A model generated the notes under the pieces. The model was not told where the DNA came from. It saw nothing but the letters and a program-made list of their open reading frames with translations, and made no database searches. The translations under genes were made by a program, and so were the position numbers. This document shows positions 59,942 to 64,000 of a DNA stretch of 64,000 bases, one piece after another. Numbering within the stretch: position 1 is the first letter of the stretch; every line of letters starts with the position of its first letter. The stretch is from Scyliorhinus canicula (Eukaryota), in NCBI RefSeq assembly GCF_902713615.1, contig NC_052158.1, positions 45,099,159 through 45,163,158 on the forward strand. Reading direction: 5' to 3'.

Positions 59942-62900
59942 GTGACTTTCACTTTAGTAATGGAGAGGAATAGGTGCGTGCAACAGGGCAAGATTTACAA
60001 TTGGGGGAAGGGTAAATACAATGCTGTCAGACAAGAATTGAAGTGCATAAGTTGGGAACATAGGCTGTCAGGGAAGGACACAAGTGAAATGTGGAACTTG
60101 TTCAAGGAACAGGTACTACATGTCCTTGATACGTATGTCCCTGTCAGGCAGGGAAGAGATGGTCGAGTGAGGGAACCATGGTTGACAAGAGAGGTTGAAT
60201 GTCATGTTAAGAGGAAGAAGGAGACTTATGTAAGGCTGAGGAAACAAGGTTCAGACAGGGCGCTGGAGGGATACAAGATAGCCAGGAGGGAACTGAAGAA
60301 AAGGATTAGGAGAACTAAGAGAGGGCATGAAAAATCTTTGGCGGGTAGGATGAAGGAAAACCCCAAGGTCTTTTACACATATGTGAGAAATATGAGAATG
60401 ACTAGAGTGAGGGTAGGTCCGATCAAGGACAATAGCGGGAGATTGTGTATTGAGATAGGAGAGGTCCTGAATGAGTACTTTTCTTCAGTATTTACAAATG
60501 AGAGGGGCCATATTGTTGGAGAGGACAGTGTGAAACAGACTGGTACACTTGAGGAGATACTTGTTAGGAAGGAAGATGTGTTGGGCATTTTGGAAAACTT
60601 GAGGATAGACTAGTCCCCCGGGCCTGACGGGATATATCCAAGGATTCTATGGGAAGCAAGAGATGAAATTGCAGAGCCGTTGGCAACGATCTTTTCGTCC
60701 TCACTGTCAACAGGGGTGGTACCAGGGGATTGGAGAGTGGCGAATGTTGTGCGCCTGTTCAAAAAAGGGAATAGGGATAACCCTGGGAATTACAGGCCAG
60801 TTAGTCCTACTTCGGTGGCAGGCAAAGTAATGGAAAGGGTACTGAGGGATAGGATTTCTGAGCATCTGGAAAGACACAGCTTGATTAGGGATAGTCAGCA
60901 CGGATTTGTGAAGGGTAGGTCTTGCCTTACAAGTCTTATTGAATTCTTTGAGGAGGTGACCAAGCATGTGGATGAAGGTAAAGCAGTGGATGTAGTGTAC
61001 ATGAATTTTAGTAAGGCATTTGATAAGGTTGCCTATGCAGAAAGTAAGCCGTACTGAAACCATACGGCAATTTACTCAAAATGCTTATCTCTCCGAGAAA
61101 ATCACATTTTTTCCAAAATGAATGTTTGCGCAAAATTAGTACATTTTCATTCAAGCTGCTCTGAGCTAACCAATAGAAGTCAGAGAGTGGTGGTGGTTGG
61201 AAAATATTCAGCCTGGAGCCCAGTTACCAGTGGCGTACCGCAGGTATCAGTTCTGGGTCCTCTGCTGTTTGTGATTTTCATTAATCACTTGGATGAGGGA
61301 GTTGAAGGGTGGGTTAGTAAATTTGCAGACGATACGAAGATTGGTGGAGTTGTGGAAAGTGAGGAGGGCTGTTGTCGGCTGTAAAGAGACATAGATAGGA
61401 TGCAGAGCTGGGCTGAGAAGTGGCAGATGGAGTTTAACCCTGAAAAGTGTGAGGTTGTCCATTTTGGAAGGGCAAATATGAATGTGGAATACAGGGTTAA
61501 CGGTAGGGTTATTGGCAATGTGGAGGAGCAGAGAGATCTTGGGGTCTATGTTCATAGATTTTTGAAAGTTGTCACTCAAGTGGATAGAGCTGTGAAGAAG
61601 GCCTATGGTGTGCTAGCGTTCATTAGCAGAGGGATTGAATTTAAGAGCCTTGAGGTGATGATGCAGCTGTACAAAACTTTGGTAAGGCCACATCTGGAGT
61701 ACTGTGTGCAATTCTGGTCGCCTCATTTTAGGAAGGATGTAGAAGCTTTAGAAAAGGTGCAAAGAAGATTTAGCAGGATGTTGCCTGGAATGGAGAGAAT
61801 GGTTGAGGGTGCTAGGCCTTTTCTCATTGGAACGGAGAAGGATGAGGGCGACTTGATAGAGGCTTATAAGGTGATCAGGGGAATAGATAGAGTAGACAGC
61901 CAGAGACTTTTCCCCCAGGTGGAACAAACCATGACAAGGGGACATAAATTTAAGGTGAATGGCGGAAGATATAGGGGGGATAAAGAACAAAGAACAAAGA
62001 AAATTACAGCACAGGAACAGGCCCTTCGGCCCTCCCAGCCTGCGCCGATCCAGATCCTTTATCTAAACCTATCTCCTATTTTCCAAGGTCTACTTCCCTC
62101 TGTTCCCACCCGTTCATATACCTGTCCAGATGCATCTTAAATGATGCTATCGTGCCCGCCTCTACCACCTCCGCTGGTAAAGCGTTCCAGGCACCCACCA
62201 CCCTCTGCGTAAAAAACCTTCCACGCACATCTCCCTTAAACTTTCCCCCTCTCACCCTGAAATCGTGACCCCTTGTAACTGACACCCCCACTCTTGGGAA
62301 AAGCTTGTTGCTATCCACCCTGTCCATACCTCTCATAATTTTGTAGACCTCAATCAGGTCCCCCCTCAATCTCCGTCTTTCCAACGAAAACAATCCTAAT
62401 CTACTCAACCTTTCTTCATAGCTAGCACCCTCCATACCAGGCAACATCCTGGTGAACCTCCTCTGCACCCTCTCTAAAGCATCCACATCCTTCTGGTAAT
62501 GTGGCGACCAGAACTGCACGCAGTATTCCAAATGTGGCCAAACCAAAGTCCTATACAACTGTAACATGACCTGCCAACTCTTGTACTCAATACCCCTTCC
62601 GATGAAGGCAAGCATGCTGTACACCTTCTTGACCACTCTATCCACCTGCGTTGCCACCTTCAGGGTACAATGGACCTGAACTCCCAGATCTCTCTGTACA
62701 TCAATTTTCCCCAAGACCCTTCCGTTGACCATGTAGTCCGCTCTTGAATTTGATCTTCCAAAATGCATCACCTCGCATTTGCCTGGATTGAACTCCATCT
62801 GCCATTTCTCTGCCCAACTCTCCAATCTATCTATATTTTGTTGTATTCTCTGACAGTCCTCCTCGCTATCTGCAACTCCACCATTCTTAGTATCATCTGC

Positions 62901-63665
62901 AAACTTGGTAATCACACTACCTATACCTTCCTCCAGGTCATTTATGTATATCACAAACAACAGTGGTCCGAGCACGGATCCCTGTGGAGCACCACTAGTC
63001 ACCCTTCTGCATTTTGAGACACTCCCTTCCACCACTACTCTCTGTCTCCTGTTGCCCAGCCAGTTCTTTATCCATCTAGCTAGTACACCCTGAACCCCAT
63101 ACGACTTCACTTTTTCTATCAACCTGCCATGGGAAACTTTATCAAACGCCTTACTAAAGTCCATGTATATAACATCTACAGCCCTTCCCTCATCAATTAA
63201 CTTTGTCACTTCCTCAAAGAATTCTATTAGGTTTGTAAGACATGACCTTCCCTGCACAAAACCATGCTGCCTATCACTGATAAGTCTATTTTCTTCCAGA
63301 TGTGAATAGATCCTATCCCTCAGTATCTTCTCCAACAGTTTGCCTACCACTGACGTCAAGCTCACAGGTCTATAATTCCCTGGATTATCCCTGCTACCCT
63401 TCTTAAACAAAGGGACAACATTAGCAATTCTCCAGTCCTCCGGGACCTCACCCATGCTCAAGGATGCTGCAAAGATATCTGTTAAAGCCCCAGCTATTTC
63501 GACCCTCAGATGTCAGAGGTAGGTTCTTTACCCAGAGAGTAGTGGGGGCATGGAATGCACTGCCTGTGGAAGTAGTTGAGTCGGAAACATTAGGGACCTT
63601 CAAGCGGCTATTGGATTGGTACATGGATTACGGTAGAATGATGGAGTGTAGATTAATTTGTTCTT
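59942..63665 (+). mobile_element. CR1/HER1 LINE ORF2, split by a nested antisense CR1; resumes at ~63509
   Basis: ORFs 59942-60613, 60680-61057 and 61400-61980; RYRGD|VRGRFFTQRVV continuity across the insertion. Confidence 0.9.
61982..63505 (-). mobile_element. Young 5'-truncated CR1 LINE with uninterrupted RT domain
   Basis: 461-aa ORF 62076-63461 (NYRPVSLTS, GAPQGSVLGP, FADD); (TTCTTTG)n tail. Confidence 0.95.
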
Positions 63666-63667
63666 AA

Positions 63668-64000
63668 GGGCAGCACGGTAGCATTGTGGATAGCATAATT
63701 GCTTCACAGCTCCAGGGTCCCAGGTTCGATTCCAGCATGGGTCACTGTCTGTGCGGAGTCTGCACATCCTCCCCACGTGTGCGTGGGTTTCCTCCGGGTG
63801 CTCCAGTTTCCTTCCACAGTCCAATGATGTGCAGATTAGGTGGATTGGCCATGATAAATTGCCCTTAGTGTCCAAAATTGCCCTTAGTATTGAGTAGGGT
63901 TACTGGTTTATAGGGATAGGGTGGAGGTGTTGACCTTGGGTAGGGTGCTCCTTCCAAGAGCCGGTGCAGACTCGATGGGCCAAATGGCCTCCTTCTGCAT
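63668..64000 (+). mobile_element. HE1-like long SINE with CR1-type tail (cut by window edge)
   Basis: gggcagcacggtagc head, V-like body, gatgggccaaatggcctccttctg tail. Confidence 0.88.

Noticed and set aside
61050-61165. ~115-bp foreign AT-rich filler replacing part of the CR1 RT
   Set aside because: Too short to classify; no TIR or TSD; probably repair filler.

Overview
This is vertebrate nuclear DNA, very probably from a shark or other elasmobranch, judging by the HE1/V-SINE-like SINEs, HER1/CR1 LINEs and the 69-bp CTCTGTATCTAACCCCG satellite. It is a repeat-saturated C2H2 zinc-finger gene locus with one assembly gap (32597-33070). The genic core is a head-to-head pair of effector-less tandem C2H2 ZNF genes made by inverted duplication: a minus gene with 5 intact fingers (19408 downward) and a plus gene with 10 fingers (28430-29293). 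They share non-coding exons, and a young hAT MITE rich in GC boxes and NRF1 sites sits between them. A third copy of the 5' module is split into two oppositely oriented halves. Directly downstream of the minus ZNF is an uninterrupted 1.17-kb acidic/coiled-coil ORF that resembles the post-Myb half of a Harbinger Myb/SANT-like protein. Phase-0 splice sites could fuse it in frame to the zinc fingers. This possible ZNF-transposon chimeric transcription factor is the main candidate for a new system. The rest of the window is nested TEs: a near-complete Gypsy element with an 11-nt self-complementary PBS and a YLDN RT motif, a non-autonomous LTR element, a class I ERV pol remnant, solo LTRs, and L1, CR1, Rex1/Babar-like and Vingi/RTEX-like LINEs. 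Also present are about 19 SINEs, satellites and a second promoter-like inverted duplication. Family assignments come from motif recognition by eye, with no database search; identity values are by-eye estimates.
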